A DNA stretch of 33,725 nucleotides from Planctomycetota bacterium (GCA_036137535.1 JAZABE010000049.1:1-33725), one strand, 5' to 3'; shown: positions 9,294 through 18,888, numbered from the stretch's first letter. Numbers and translations are program-made. Notes: generated from the letters alone by a model not told the origin.

Positions 9294-10976
9294 TTAATTG
9301 CTCAGCCCGAGCACCTTGACACCTTGTTCGAAAACGATGTCGGTCGGAATGCCTTGCTTGTTGACCCGGTCAAGATCGGCTTTGAGGGTTTCGCCAACGA
9401 AACCCATCTGGTCGGCGAATTTAACCGCGGCTTTGTAATCTCCATTACCCTGCAGCACTAGGATGGTTTTGCTGAGCTCCTGAATAGCGGCCTTCATTTT
9501 TTCGAAGTCGACCTTGTATTGACCGGCCGGGTTGCGACTAAAGGCTCCCATTTTTTCAAAGAAATTAAAGCGGATCATGTTGGCTTTTCCGTGGGCGCTG
9601 CTGGCTCCGAAGCGAACGCTTCTGAAAATCCCGGCCATAAAGGTGACGTAGTAGTCCTCCAAAGTTCCCTGGGATAAATCCCCGGATTCGAGCAACCGGG
9701 TGATCATGTAAAGGCCCAAAATATCGGCCTTGCCCTCTTCCAAGGCCCCGGAAATTTCTCGCAAAGCATCCCGCACTCGACCGTTGCCCGAGATCGTCTC
9801 TTTGATTCCCAGGCCATGGGCAACTTCGTGGAACATGGTGTTGGCGAAAAAAGCATCAAAGGTAATGTGTTTCCGTTGTTGAGGCACAATTAACACATCG
9901 GCAATTGGCACCAAGATTTGGTCGAATTTAGCCCGCATAGCGTTCTTGAGCTGCAGCCGCCGAGAACCTTTTTGCAGCTGAACTTCTTCATCGTTTGGGA
10001 GATTGATGGCAATCGTCTTGGATCCAGCATTACAATCGCCCGCGTAATAAATGACATCATAAGCGTTCAGGTCGGAGTTGGTGCCTGGTTTTTCGCGCCG
10101 GTATGTTTCTTCCACGGGTAGGCCGTTTTGGAGTTTGGGCAACAGGGCAGCGTATTTGGTAAGCCGCTCACTCCAGGAAAGGTCTTTAACCAAGACATAA
10201 CATTCACAAGCGGCCTTGTAGCCAAACAGCTTGTCCTCGTAGGTCTCGATAGGCCCAATGACACAATCCAATCGATTGGTTTTCATGTCCATCCAAAGAA
10301 AGTCGCTTGGCTGATAATTGCCACTGAGCAGTGCAGCCGCCCTTGAGTTCAAATACGCTTTTAGGCTGGCGTCTTTTGCCAGCGCTGCAGCGGATCGCAA
10401 GTGTTTCGCAGCAGCAGTAAACTCTTTTTTGAGCTGTTGGGCATAAGGAACCGCAGAAAGCGTTCGGTTTTGCCCGGGGTTAGACCACCGGACAAAAGTG
10501 TACAGGCTTTTGAGCTGAGGAAGGCCATTAACTTGTTGCTCGAACTCCTGCTGGGTCATGTCTTCGGGATAAAAGTTTGCGCCCTTGGGCTTGGCTTGAA
10601 AGCCGGAAAGAAACGGGCGATTGTCCTGGAGGCGCTCCCAGGGCCCGTAATTAATTTTGATGTGCCTGCGAAGCTGCTTTTGAGCTTTCTTGGGCACACT
10701 GCTGGAAATGGTGATTTTAGCCGGGTCACCGAAAGCTTGGTACCAAAATGCTTTGTCCATTTGTTTACCGGCGGCGATTAAATGGGGAATCATTTTGCGA
10801 TGGTGGTTTTCAAGCGAAGAGAGATCAGCGGTCAGCTTTACGGTGGCGTATTTAGTCAACCCCGCAAGATCATCCGGTTTCAGATCCTGAGACTTCAGGC
10901 CCGGAGAGATTAAAACAGGAATTAATAAGAGAGCCGCAAGGATGAAAAAAAACTGGCGTAACATGACATGCCCCAA
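9294..10976 (-). CDS. Secreted zinc metallopeptidase, M49 (dipeptidyl-peptidase III)-like
   Basis: The N-terminal signal peptide reads MLRQFFFILAALLLIPVLISP. A zinc motif FHEVAHGLG (HExxH) is followed by ALEEGKADILG (EExxAD), matching the two-motif architecture of DPP III-like enzymes. The protein is 560 aa. Confidence 0.6.
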   Translation of the reverse strand: MGHVMLRQFFFILAALLLIPVLISPGLKSQDLKPDDLAGLTKYATVKLTADLSSLENHHRKMIPHLIAAGKQMDKAFWYQAFGDPAKITISSSVPKKAQKQLRRHIKINYGPWERLQDNRPFLSGFQAKPKGANFYPEDMTQQEFEQQVNGLPQLKSLYTFVRWSNPGQNRTLSAVPYAQQLKKEFTAAAKHLRSAAALAKDASLKAYLNSRAAALLSGNYQPSDFLWMDMKTNRLDCVIGPIETYEDKLFGYKAACECYVLVKDLSWSERLTKYAALLPKLQNGLPVEETYRREKPGTNSDLNAYDVIYYAGDCNAGSKTIAINLPNDEEVQLQKGSRRLQLKNAMRAKFDQILVPIADVLIVPQQRKHITFDAFFANTMFHEVAHGLGIKETISGNGRVRDALREISGALEEGKADILGLYMITRLLESGDLSQGTLEDYYVTFMAGIFRSVRFGASSAHGKANMIRFNFFEKMGAFSRNPAGQYKVDFEKMKAAIQELSKTILVLQGNGDYKAAVKFADQMGFVGETLKADLDRVNKQGIPTDIVFEQGVKVLGLSN

Positions 10977-11129
10977 GGGTCGAGAGAAGTGATCATGATA
11001 ATCGCACTCGTTGCCCAGAAGAAGGCGGATGCTTTGGGCCAGCCGTCAAGTAAACAACCTAGACCCGCAACTGCTGAACCCAGCCAAGAAATGGCGAGTA
11101 GGTGTGGCAGCGAGGGCAAAAGAGCCGGT

Positions 11130-11765
11130 TTAACGGATGGCGGTGCTGCCCGTTTGCTCGGCGACCTCAGGGTCGGCCAGGGGCTGTTCCACCCTTTGAA
11201 ACACAATGCGAGGAGAAAAACCCAGCAGATCGGGACTAATTGACTCCGGGACGAACTGAAAATGATTCTTGTCGATAAACTGGTAGAGGTAGACCTGCTT
11301 GCTCGGCAGCTCGCCAGAATTTTTGTATTCACTGGTTTCGATTTTCAATCGCGTTCCAGAACGTTCAAGAATATTCCAGGTGCCGACGGAACGGTCTCGC
11401 ATCTGGGTGCCGTCATCCGCCGTAATCATCATGTCCAGCTCGACAACGGAATCGTTGCGAAACTCAGCAGCCATAACGATGGTCGCAAAGACGTCCACAA
11501 GATTTTGCAACTTCTCTGCTTCCAGTTCAGACGCTGCTGACAGTTTTTCATTAAAAGCATCGACATCATAAACAGACTCGCCATACCAAACGCCCTCGAT
11601 TTCAGGATCCGGCTCGGCAACGGCGGAGGAAGGGCTGCCAGCTGCCACCGGCTGCCCCGGGGCTTGGGATCCGGCGGACGGATCACTGCCACACCCGACA
11701 GCGATTGTCATTAAAGTTCCAGCGACAGAAAGAAGGCAAAAAAATAAAAGGTAAGACCGGGTCAT
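11130..11765 (-). CDS. Lipoprotein, unknown function (paralogue of 11900-12343)
   Basis: It has a signal peptide with a lipobox (TIAVGCGS). The motifs GVWYGES and LYQFIDKNHFQFVPE are shared with the neighbouring lipoprotein. Confidence 0.7.
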   Translation of the reverse strand: MTRSYLLFFCLLSVAGTLMTIAVGCGSDPSAGSQAPGQPVAAGSPSSAVAEPDPEIEGVWYGESVYDVDAFNEKLSAASELEAEKLQNLVDVFATIVMAAEFRNDSVVELDMMITADDGTQMRDRSVGTWNILERSGTRLKIETSEYKNSGELPSKQVYLYQFIDKNHFQFVPESISPDLLGFSPRIVFQRVEQPLADPEVAEQTGSTAIR

Positions 11766-11899
11766 GCCAACACTCCATTGTCAGGTACGTTTGATCTATC
11801 CAGGCCGGTCCGCAAGATGCCGGGGCAATGCTATTCAACCAGAAACCATTGATAGAGCTTGTATCAACAGGAGGCACCACCAGCACAAACCCTTCGGGG

Positions 11900-12343
11900 C
11901 TAGTCCAGCCGGCGAAAAGTCATCTTTTGCTTAATCACATCCATGTTGGGCGGTACAAGCTCAATAGTATTTTCGTCAATAAACATGATTTCAGTTAAAA
12001 CAATGTCTGGATCAATGTCCGGATTCTGAGAATTGATTGACACCCGAAGCTTGCACAGGTCATCGGTGCACTCGACAAAAAACCATCGCCCGTACTTGGT
12101 TTGAGAGTGCCCGGACGCTGAGACCGTCGAACGAAAGAACCCCCCCCTGGAAAACACGAGTGAGAATTTGGGGGTGTGTTCGCTAGCATCGTTCTCGTCA
12201 CCCATCATCTCAAAGAGATCGTTGGCCTCATCGAGGCCCCAGGTGCCAAGAATTCTGGTCTGCAAGTGATTTCCACAGCCGGTTAAGAACAGGCTTAAGA
12301 GTACAAGCAAAAAAGGGCAGGGATTGCGTTTCATTAGGATCAA
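11900..12343 (-). CDS. Lipoprotein, unknown function (paralogue of 11130-11765)
   Basis: It has a signal peptide with a lipobox (LFLTGCGN). GTWGLDE and IMFIDENTIELVPP parallel motifs in the upstream neighbour. Confidence 0.7.
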   Translation of the reverse strand: MILMKRNPCPFLLVLLSLFLTGCGNHLQTRILGTWGLDEANDLFEMMGDENDASEHTPKFSLVFSRGGFFRSTVSASGHSQTKYGRWFFVECTDDLCKLRVSINSQNPDIDPDIVLTEIMFIDENTIELVPPNMDVIKQKMTFRRLD

Positions 12344-12484
12344 TATTTAACAATTATGTTGAATAACCTGATTTTAGCGGTTGGAGAGGTCGATAAAGAC
12401 CATGGGTTATTTCACGGCCAGCATTGTCAAGGTCACCCACAACCAATGTGGCAAGCCTGAAAACTATCACGCCAGAGAAAAAAA

Positions 12485-13126
12485 ATGAACCGGCTTTATG
12501 GAATTGGTGTTTTGTTCATCTTGATTTCGCTACCCGGGTGTGCCGGGTGGGGTCCCGGAGGAAGCGAAAACTTTGTCGGGCCACTATCGGGAATTCGCCA
12601 AGGCGTTTGTAGTACCTGCCTAGAAGAATGTACTGGGGACTGTCGTCCACTGGCAAGGCTGGGAAGAGCACTGGCTTGTGCCCCAGGCTGCGGTGAAGTT
12701 TATTACGGAGAGTGGTTGAACAACCCCCCGGAGGCCGAAGATGGAAATAGCCATGCACTGGGGATTCCTATGCGAATGCCGTGGCTGAGCGCACCGTTTT
12801 CACCCTGTGGGATCAAATATCGGCAAAACGGCCTGGGCTATGGAAACCCGATGTTGCCCACGCATCGTGGCTGGGCCGATTATGGTGGCTATCGACCTGG
12901 CTACTGGGGGCAGCGAGTTGGGCATCTGAATGGTCGCTGTTCATCGGGCTCCTGCAGCGGGGACTGTGGCAACCCCGGCTGTGCGCCAGATGCGTCGCCG
13001 GAGGCAGGCAAGCTCAAACCGATTCCCAAGGTTCAGTCCAAAAAAGGGGCAACCCAAGTCCACTATGTTTCACCTCTGGTGAAAACAAAGAACTCCCAAC
13101 CCAAAACTAGAAGAGGATTACAATGA
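12485..13126 (+). CDS. Cys/Gly-rich lipoprotein, unknown function
   Basis: The lipobox is ILISLPGCAG. Cys clusters include CSTCLEECTGDC, CAPGCGEVYYGEWLNNPP and CSSGSCSGDCGNPGC. The tail is basic. The stop overlaps the next ATG (ATGA at 13123-13126). Confidence 0.62.
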   Translation: MNRLYGIGVLFILISLPGCAGWGPGGSENFVGPLSGIRQGVCSTCLEECTGDCRPLARLGRALACAPGCGEVYYGEWLNNPPEAEDGNSHALGIPMRMPWLSAPFSPCGIKYRQNGLGYGNPMLPTHRGWADYGGYRPGYWGQRVGHLNGRCSSGSCSGDCGNPGCAPDASPEAGKLKPIPKVQSKKGATQVHYVSPLVKTKNSQPKTRRGLQ

Positions 13127-13366
13127 GCGATCCCACGAATGCCGGCGTGAACTGGGAATACAAATTGTTCACGGCGAAGACGCCCCCTCCCTCGAAGGCG
13201 AATTACCACCCCTTCTTCGGTTGAGTCAGAGGCTGAATTAAATCGCTTATTAAGCGACGGCTGGCAACTTGAATCGACGCACACCGGTCCGGCAGGATGG
13301 AATGTTTTGGGCACAGGGTTTATCTGGCACATGATTACATTTGTCTTGCGTAGGCCGAAACCCTGA
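13123..13366 (+). pseudogene. DUF4177-like small ORF split by a +1 frame change
   Basis: In frame 1, positions 13123-13224 encode MSDPTNAGVNWEYKLFTAKTPPPSKANYHPFFG followed by a stop. In the +1 frame, 13220-13366 encode VESEAELNRLLSDGWQLESTHTGPAGWNVLGTGFIWHMITFVLRRPKP followed by a stop, with no start codon of its own. Joined together, the two halves resemble a single DUF4177 domain (WEYK...LN.L..GW.L......F.RP). Confidence 0.45.
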
Positions 13367-13520
13367 GTCGATTTATCCGCAGTGTTGAAATCATCATGTG
13401 GTTTAGACAACTGATTCCCCGCCCCTGTCCGACTGGCTCGAGTTCATGTGTGCAGAATCCCTGCTTGACGAACCTGCTGAGTTCATTTGCAGCTGTGGCG
13501 GCGAACATTGTCCAACACAG

Positions 13521-13560
13521 GATTAGTCGACAGGGTGTTGGATTAGCCGACAGGGTGTTG
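13521..13560. repeat. Tandem 20-bp direct repeat in a convergent intergenic region
   Basis: The units are gattagtcgacagggtgttg and gattagccgacagggtgttg, identical at 19 of 20 positions. The segment tccaacac at 13511-13518 is the exact inverted complement of gtgttgga at 13535-13542. Confidence 0.85.
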
Positions 13561-13569
13561 TCACTGGTG

Positions 13570-14268
13570 TTAAGAGGGTTGCTTGCCCCAGACCTGCCAC
13601 CAAGGTCGCCTGGGCTTTCTCTGAAATGCGATGGACGCTCCCCAGACCTGTCCGTTGGTTGAAATCGATCCATTGAGCTTTGCGTGTTCAAAATTGGTGC
13701 CAATAATTTTTGCACTCGACAGATCTGATTTTCGCATATCAGCGTGGGCAAAACTGGCACCCGAGAGGTCAGCGCTCACGAAGTTGACACCCGTCAAGTT
13801 TGCGTTAAAAAAATCCGCTTTGAGGTCGGCAAACCCAAAATCACTGTTTTGAAAATTTGCTTTTTTAAACGCGGCGTTGCGACATTTTGTATGCCGGAAG
13901 TTAGAGCCAACTGCCTGGCAGAGGTTAAAAGACGCACCTTCGAAGGGGGTGTCAGAAAATTCAGCCCCGGAGAGGTCTGCGGAGTCGAAAACAGCAGCAT
14001 TCCCGGTCACGTTTTGGAAACGGGCAGTTGCCATGACAGCACCCTGAAAGACAGCACGGCTGAGCCGAAGGTTTCGGAAGGCAGCGCCGGTTAAATCGTG
14101 TTTTGAAAAATCGGCCCCGGATAAATCTGTTCCATTGAATTCATAACCCCTGAGTGTTTCACCAGGAACTTCAAGGAGAACTTTTCCAGTATCAATGCTT
14201 TTGATTTGAATCATCTCGCCGTTGCCATGAGAGGGCGGTTTCTGTTTTGAATAAAAATGGTGAAACAA
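13570..14268 (-). CDS. Pentapeptide-repeat protein
   Basis: The body is a continuous A(D/N)LxG-type pentapeptide array, for example ADFSKHDLTGAAFRNLRLSRAVF and ADLSGAEFSDTPFEGASFNLCQAVGSNF. An alternative start at 14214 gives MIQIKSID. Confidence 0.85.
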   Translation of the reverse strand: MFHHFYSKQKPPSHGNGEMIQIKSIDTGKVLLEVPGETLRGYEFNGTDLSGADFSKHDLTGAAFRNLRLSRAVFQGAVMATARFQNVTGNAAVFDSADLSGAEFSDTPFEGASFNLCQAVGSNFRHTKCRNAAFKKANFQNSDFGFADLKADFFNANLTGVNFVSADLSGASFAHADMRKSDLSSAKIIGTNFEHAKLNGSISTNGQVWGASIAFQRKPRRPWWQVWGKQPS

Positions 14269-14653
14269 GGACCAGCCAAGAACCGGGTTTCACAGTGACT
14301 CGTTTCAGGTAGCGAACCCATGTCATCCAGGAGCTTAGGGTGTTCAGCTTTGATTGCGGTGACTTGTGCCAAACACGGGGCTTTGACCCTTTTCTTATCT
14401 ATCGTGTATCCCTCCAAAAAGTGTCGAAGAAAAAGATGTTTTTCAACAAAACACGAAAAGAAATTGGTTTTGGTAGCAGGCAGGCGCGAGCATGCACAGC
14501 CGAAAACGCAAGCTGGGCAGGGCTAGCAAACCAACCGGACTCGGCGGCCAGTCAGCTTTGCAACAGAGTGTTGTCCACGCAGCGGCCCAACGGCTTGCCA
14601 GCACTTTGATCTCTGGTCACCGTGGTACGGACCGATGCTTCAGTCGATCCTGT

Positions 14654-15406
14654 TTATTGGCGAACCACCACTTTGATTTCACCAAGGAGCCGGGTCAGGC
14701 GCTCCTCTTTCGAGTTGATGAACAAGACGTTGTCCAGGACAATCGCTTTTTTCTCATTGCTCGGATGCAAGATTAATCGGCCGGACCGTAGCAGAAAATA
14801 TTCAAACACATCATTGATTTCCTTATCAACCCGGAGGTTGGGGGCGGCGTAGCGTTTAAGGTCGCTCAACACGCCATGGTGATGCAACAGCTCGTTGTGC
14901 CGGACTTCCCAGTAATCAAATCGAACGCTCAAAACGACAGCGACATAAATAAAGCCCAAGACACCGCTAAAGCACCAGTAAAAAGTGGAATTTGCAAAGG
15001 GCTTCAGGCTGGCCAGAAAACCGCCAATCGAACCCAGGAGCCCGGGTTTGTAGACAGAGAGGAGAAACGCACCGAGGATGACTGCGACGAAAGCCAAAAA
15101 CAGTGACAGGGAGGTGGCCCTGGGAAAGTCAAACCCGATTACCAAAAAATTGGTAAACAGGACTCCCAAAAAAACAAAGGAGAGAACCTGCGCCGTGGCG
15201 GAAATTTCGCCTGTGTCAGCATGAGAATTGATGAACGCAAGAAGAATGGCGTTGAGGAGAGAAACAATAAACGTGGGGTACAGAAAAACAATTTTTGGAT
15301 AGGGCACCAGGAGGATGCGGTGTTCCAGCTCGCTGGAATTTTCAGTGGAAAGCTTGGCGGAGTCAGCAGGGGTTTCCTCGGCGATGTCTTTTTCTTGATT
15401 GTTCAT
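14654..15406 (-). CDS. Integral membrane protein with a soluble C-terminal domain, unknown function
   Basis: About four hydrophobic segments are visible (IVFLYPTFIVSLLNAILLAF, VLSFVFLGVLFTNFLVIGF, LSLFLAFVAVILGAFLL, WCFSGVLGFIYVAVVL). They are followed by an approximately 85-aa hydrophilic domain. The ORF is clean and 250 aa long. Confidence 0.65.
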   Translation of the reverse strand: MNNQEKDIAEETPADSAKLSTENSSELEHRILLVPYPKIVFLYPTFIVSLLNAILLAFINSHADTGEISATAQVLSFVFLGVLFTNFLVIGFDFPRATSLSLFLAFVAVILGAFLLSVYKPGLLGSIGGFLASLKPFANSTFYWCFSGVLGFIYVAVVLSVRFDYWEVRHNELLHHHGVLSDLKRYAAPNLRVDKEINDVFEYFLLRSGRLILHPSNEKKAIVLDNVLFINSKEERLTRLLGEIKVVVRQ

Positions 15407-15674
15407 TCGTTCACTCCAAGGCTTGCCCCGTTTAAGGTTACACGGGGCTCTGGTGGCACAGTGGTTCGGGTTTTCGGCGCCGCAGGGGTTGCTGTCGAAG
15501 GGTTTGCTGTCGAGCAGGGGGTTTTAGGTGGACGCACCCCATGCGCATCGCCGCCAATCCAAATTTACCGCCTTCTTCTTCCGGAATCCACCTGACTTGT
15601 CAAAGGTTTGAAGTGAAAAAATAATAGAGGGAGACTTTAGCGACCGGTTTCACGACACAAGTCAGGATGTTTTC

Positions 15675-16019
15675 ATGACACAACTTCCTTATACGATTCA
15701 CAAAGCAATGCAATTTGAAAATGGCAGTGCGATAGGAATTAGTAATCGCTGGCACCAGGGTCAGTACTGCACCATTCTCACCAAAATAGGCATTGTGGGA
15801 TGCGGTATTTACGACATCGAAACGCCCACAAAATTTGGGCAAGCGATTGCCATCGCGAAGGGGACCCCTGCCCAACCGTTGGTCGATCCGGAAGATCTTC
15901 TCGATGCGAAGATTGTTGACCTGACAGACTTTGCCCGATCGATCGGCATTGAAATCGGGTCCACCGGAAAAGAAGCGGTGGAAAAAATGCTGATAGCAGG
16001 TAAGCAGCTACAAGAATAA
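15675..16019 (+). CDS. DUF1805 (YunC-like) family protein
   Basis: The segments ILTKIGIVGCGIYDI, AIAIAKGTPAQPLVDPEDLLDAKIV and IGIEIGSTGKEAVEKML follow the pattern of Bacillus YunC as I remember it. Confidence 0.65.
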   Translation: MTQLPYTIHKAMQFENGSAIGISNRWHQGQYCTILTKIGIVGCGIYDIETPTKFGQAIAIAKGTPAQPLVDPEDLLDAKIVDLTDFARSIGIEIGSTGKEAVEKMLIAGKQLQE

Positions 16020-16047
16020 TCCCCAACGATTTTCAAGAGAAACAGAC

Positions 16048-17073
16048 ATGACCGATTATCAACCAGATGAGAACCGCTACGACGGAAGAATGCCCTATCG
16101 GAGGTGCGGTAAAAGTGGACTGAAGCTACCGGAAATCAGCTTGGGCTTCTGGCATAATTTTGGCGGCGAATCCCCCACAGAAAACCAGCGAGCCCTGATG
16201 GAAAAGGCGTTTGACTGCGGGATTACTCATTTCGACTTGGCCAACAACTATGGGCCCCCCAGCGGTAGCGCCGAAGTGAATGCCGGCAAGCTTTTGAAAT
16301 CTTTTCCACGAGATGAGTTGGTGATATCATCCAAGGCAGGATACGAGATGTGGCCTGGCCCTTACGGTGAGTGGGGTTCACGGAAGTACCTGCTGGCCAG
16401 CCTTGACCAATCATTGAAGCGGCTGGACCTTGAATACGTGGATATTTTTTATAGCCATCGATTTGATCCCAGGACGCCGATGGAGGAAACGTTGGGTGCG
16501 TTGGATGCCGCGGTGCAGCAAGGCAAAGCGCTGTATGTCGGGATTAGCAGCTACAACACAGAGCAGACCCGTGAGGCGGGCCGGATTTGCCAAGAAAAAG
16601 GCTACGAGCGCATCTTGATCCACCAGCCCAATTACTCACTGTTTAACCGTTGGGTCGAAAAAAGCTTGCTGGGAACAACCGCTGACGCCGGCATGGGAGT
16701 CATAGCATTTTGCCCGTTGTTTCAGGGGCTGCTGACGGACAAGTATCTCAAAGGAGTGCCGGCAACAGCCCGCGCCTCCCAGCCTGGCAGTTCATTGAGG
16801 CCCAATGAAGTCACTCCAGAGACTCTCGGGATTGTCAGGCAACTCAACGAAATCGCCAAACAGCGAGATCAGTCAATGGCTCAAATGAGCCTGTCGTGGA
16901 TCTTGAAAGATCCGAGGATCACCAGTGTCGTGATTGGCGCTAGTCAGCCGGAGCAGATCGAAGCGAATTGCCAAGCTGTCGACAAAACAGCATTTACTCA
17001 GGAAGAACTCTCGGCCATCGATGCCATCCTTGCGCCGCTGGATTTGCCGGAATCTTTGTGGGCACGAGAGTAG
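16048..17073 (+). CDS. gpr: Aldo/keto reductase, L-glyceraldehyde-3-phosphate reductase (YghZ/Gpr) type
   Basis: The protein follows E. coli YghZ motif by motif along most of its length. Matches include YRRCGKSGLKLPEISLGFWHNFG, GITHFDLANNYGPP, SRKYLLASLDQSLKRL.LEYVDIFYSHR, GKALYVGISSY and SMAQMSLSWILKDPRITSVVIGAS. Confidence 0.9.
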   Translation: MTDYQPDENRYDGRMPYRRCGKSGLKLPEISLGFWHNFGGESPTENQRALMEKAFDCGITHFDLANNYGPPSGSAEVNAGKLLKSFPRDELVISSKAGYEMWPGPYGEWGSRKYLLASLDQSLKRLDLEYVDIFYSHRFDPRTPMEETLGALDAAVQQGKALYVGISSYNTEQTREAGRICQEKGYERILIHQPNYSLFNRWVEKSLLGTTADAGMGVIAFCPLFQGLLTDKYLKGVPATARASQPGSSLRPNEVTPETLGIVRQLNEIAKQRDQSMAQMSLSWILKDPRITSVVIGASQPEQIEANCQAVDKTAFTQEELSAIDAILAPLDLPESLWARE

Positions 17074-17094
17074 AAAGGGTGTCCGAAGGAGCCC

Positions 17095-17132
17095 AAAAAA
17101 AAGGCGTAGCGTTTTGGGGAAACGCTACGCCT
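17095..17132 (-). terminator. Rho-independent terminator downstream of rpoD
   Basis: A perfect 13-bp stem pairs 17102-17114 (aggcgtagcgttt) with 17120-17132 (aaacgctacgcct) around a 5-nt loop. An A-run at 17095-17101 on the plus strand gives a U-run after the hairpin on the minus strand. Confidence 0.7.
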
Positions 17133-17247
17133 CAAGAATCGACCAGAACAGCACCATTCAGAAAACAACTTGGCCGAAGGTTGTTTTCCAGGAAAGACGG
17201 CCAGCCCTCAAAGAGGGCAATGTTCGGCGGAAGGTCCCGTCTAGGGC

Positions 17248-18888
17248 CTAGACGGTAGCATCTGCTGCAGCTCCACCCAGGGAGTTTTCGGCACCGTCCA
17301 GAAAACTGGCAAGACTGCGGGCTCGGTAAGGCTGCTGAAGCTTCCGAACTGCCTTCGATTCAATTTGCCGTACTCGCTCTCGGGTGACCGAAAAAATGCG
17401 GCCCACCTCTTCCAGTGTGTAGGAGTATCCGTCTGCCAATCCATAACGGAGTTTCAATATTTCTCGTTCGCGATAATTCAACGCCCCCATGGCTTCTTCA
17501 ATCCGATGCTTCAAAGCTTGTTGGTGGGTGTCGTAAAGAGGGTCATCATCCCGATAATCTTCGAGGAATTCTCCGAAGTAACTGTCATCGTGGTCACCAA
17601 CGGGTTGATCCAGCGACAAGGGCTGGCGGGCCATTTTCATGATGCAACGAGTGTCTTCCAGGGAGAGGTTGGCTCGCTCGGCGGTTTCTTCCGGAGAGGG
17701 TTCCCGTCCAAGCTCTTGAACGAGTTCGCGGGTGACGTTGCGCACTTTGCTCATGGTGTCGATCATGTGCACCGGCACCCGGATGGTTCGGCTTTGATCG
17801 GCAATTGCTCGGGTGATTGCCTGCCGAATCCACCAGGTCGCATAAGTAGAAAATTTGTACCCTCTGGCATGTTCAAATTTGTCGACTGCACGCATCAGGC
17901 CAGTGTTGCCTTCTTGGATCAAATCCAGAAAGCTCAAACCACGATTGCGGTATTTTTTGGCAATCGAAACCACCAATCGCAGGTTGCCAGCAGACAGAAC
18001 GCGTTTGGCCGCATCGTGGTCATCCTGGTATTGGCGGGTCTGGTTGACCCGACGGTTCAGGGTCTTTGGGCTTTCAAAGGTGATGCGCATCAAATGGTGT
18101 AATTCGGTTTTGAGCTGATCCACGGATCGGCCGCCAACCAAGACGCCAGATTCCGCTTCTCTGATTTGCATCGAGAGCACTTGCATCCGCGAGTTGATTT
18201 CAACCAGGCTGTCAAACAGCGGCTGGATCTTGTTCGTTCTTAAGTCCAGTTCTTCGATCAAACGAACACACTTATGTCTTCTGCGAACCAATTTTTTCCA
18301 AGCGAGAACTTTCTCCCTTGGTTCAGCTGTTTTGCTGATGGCGACTTTGAAGTCTTTTCGGTTTTCGAGCAACATGGCACGAAGTGATTCAACATTGGGG
18401 ACCAGTTTTTTCATGATCCGCTTTTTCTCGGAAGTGTTGGTGACGGAGACTTCAATTGTACGATCTAATCGCAGGTTCCCGTCACGCACCTTTTCGAGCG
18501 AGTCAACCGCACCACTGAGCATGTAATCAGTCGCCAACATGCTATTCCGATAGTAGAATTTTGTCCGCTCGATTTCGACAGCAGAAGCAACCTCTTCGTT
18601 GCGGTTCAATAATGGAATGCGACCCATTTGCATTAGGTACATTCGGACCGGGTCGTCTACCGAGTCATCGTCGTCTTCGGTTTCAGGCTCTTCCGTTTCC
18701 CGGTCTTCGACAGTGCGAAGTGAGCTGGTTGCCGTCTCACTGCTGGCGGAATCACCGAATCTGTTGGTTTCATTGGCTTCGTCTGTCAGATCAAAGTCAT
18801 TGGAAACTTTTTTCTTTTTTGCCACAGTACTTTCCTTCCCCAAGGTGTGTGTCAAGCTCTTGCGAGCGATGGTGCTGATCGAAGGCAA
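17248..18888 (-). CDS. rpoD: RNA polymerase primary sigma factor (sigma-70 family)
   Basis: An acidic N-terminal region is followed by [16 protein letters not shown] (region 1.2), [37 protein letters not shown] (region 2) and [39 protein letters not shown] (region 4). Confidence 0.95.
   Translation of the reverse strand: MPSISTIARKSLTHTLGKESTVAKKKKVSNDFDLTDEANETNRFGDSASSETATSSLRTVEDRETEEPETEDDDDSVDDPVRMYLMQMGRIPLLNRNEEVASAVEIERTKFYYRNSMLATDYMLSGAVDSLEKVRDGNLRLDRTIEVSVTNTSEKKRIMKKLVPNVESLRAMLLENRKDFKVAISKTAEPREKVLAWKKLVRRRHKCVRLIEELDLRTNKIQPLFDSLVEINSRMQVLSMQIREAESGVLVGGRSVDQLKTELHHLMRITFESPKTLNRRVNQTRQYQDDHDAAKRVLSAGNLRLVVSIAKKYRNRGLSFLDLIQEGNTGLMRAVDKFEHARGYKFSTYATWWIRQAITRAIADQSRTIRVPVHMIDTMSKVRNVTRELVQELGREPSPEETAERANLSLEDTRCIMKMARQPLSLDQPVGDHDDSYFGEFLEDYRDDDPLYDTHQQALKHRIEEAMGALNYREREILKLRYGLADGYSYTLEEVGRIFSVTRERVRQIESKAVRKLQQPYRARSLASFLDGAENSLGGAAADATV

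Noticed and set aside
13213-13225. A programmed +1 frameshift of the prfB type at TTC GGT TGA G in the DUF4177-like ORF
   Set aside because: There is no CUU-U type slippery codon and no upstream SD-like stimulator. An indel mutation or a sequencing error is the simpler explanation.
15221-15595. A 124-aa plus-strand ORF, and a 10-nt direct repeat ttgctgtcga at 15489-15498 and 15504-15513
   Set aside because: The ORF overlaps the start of the membrane-protein gene on the opposite strand and is Gly/Val-rich low complexity. The short repeat shares a TCGACAG core with the 13521-13560 repeat. A 7-mer is expected several times by chance in 33 kb read on both strands.
17365-18102. A 245-aa plus-strand ORF
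   Set aside because: It lies entirely antisense to the unmistakable sigma-70 (rpoD) coding sequence. It has a low-complexity, motif-free composition typical of shadow ORFs in GC-rich genes.
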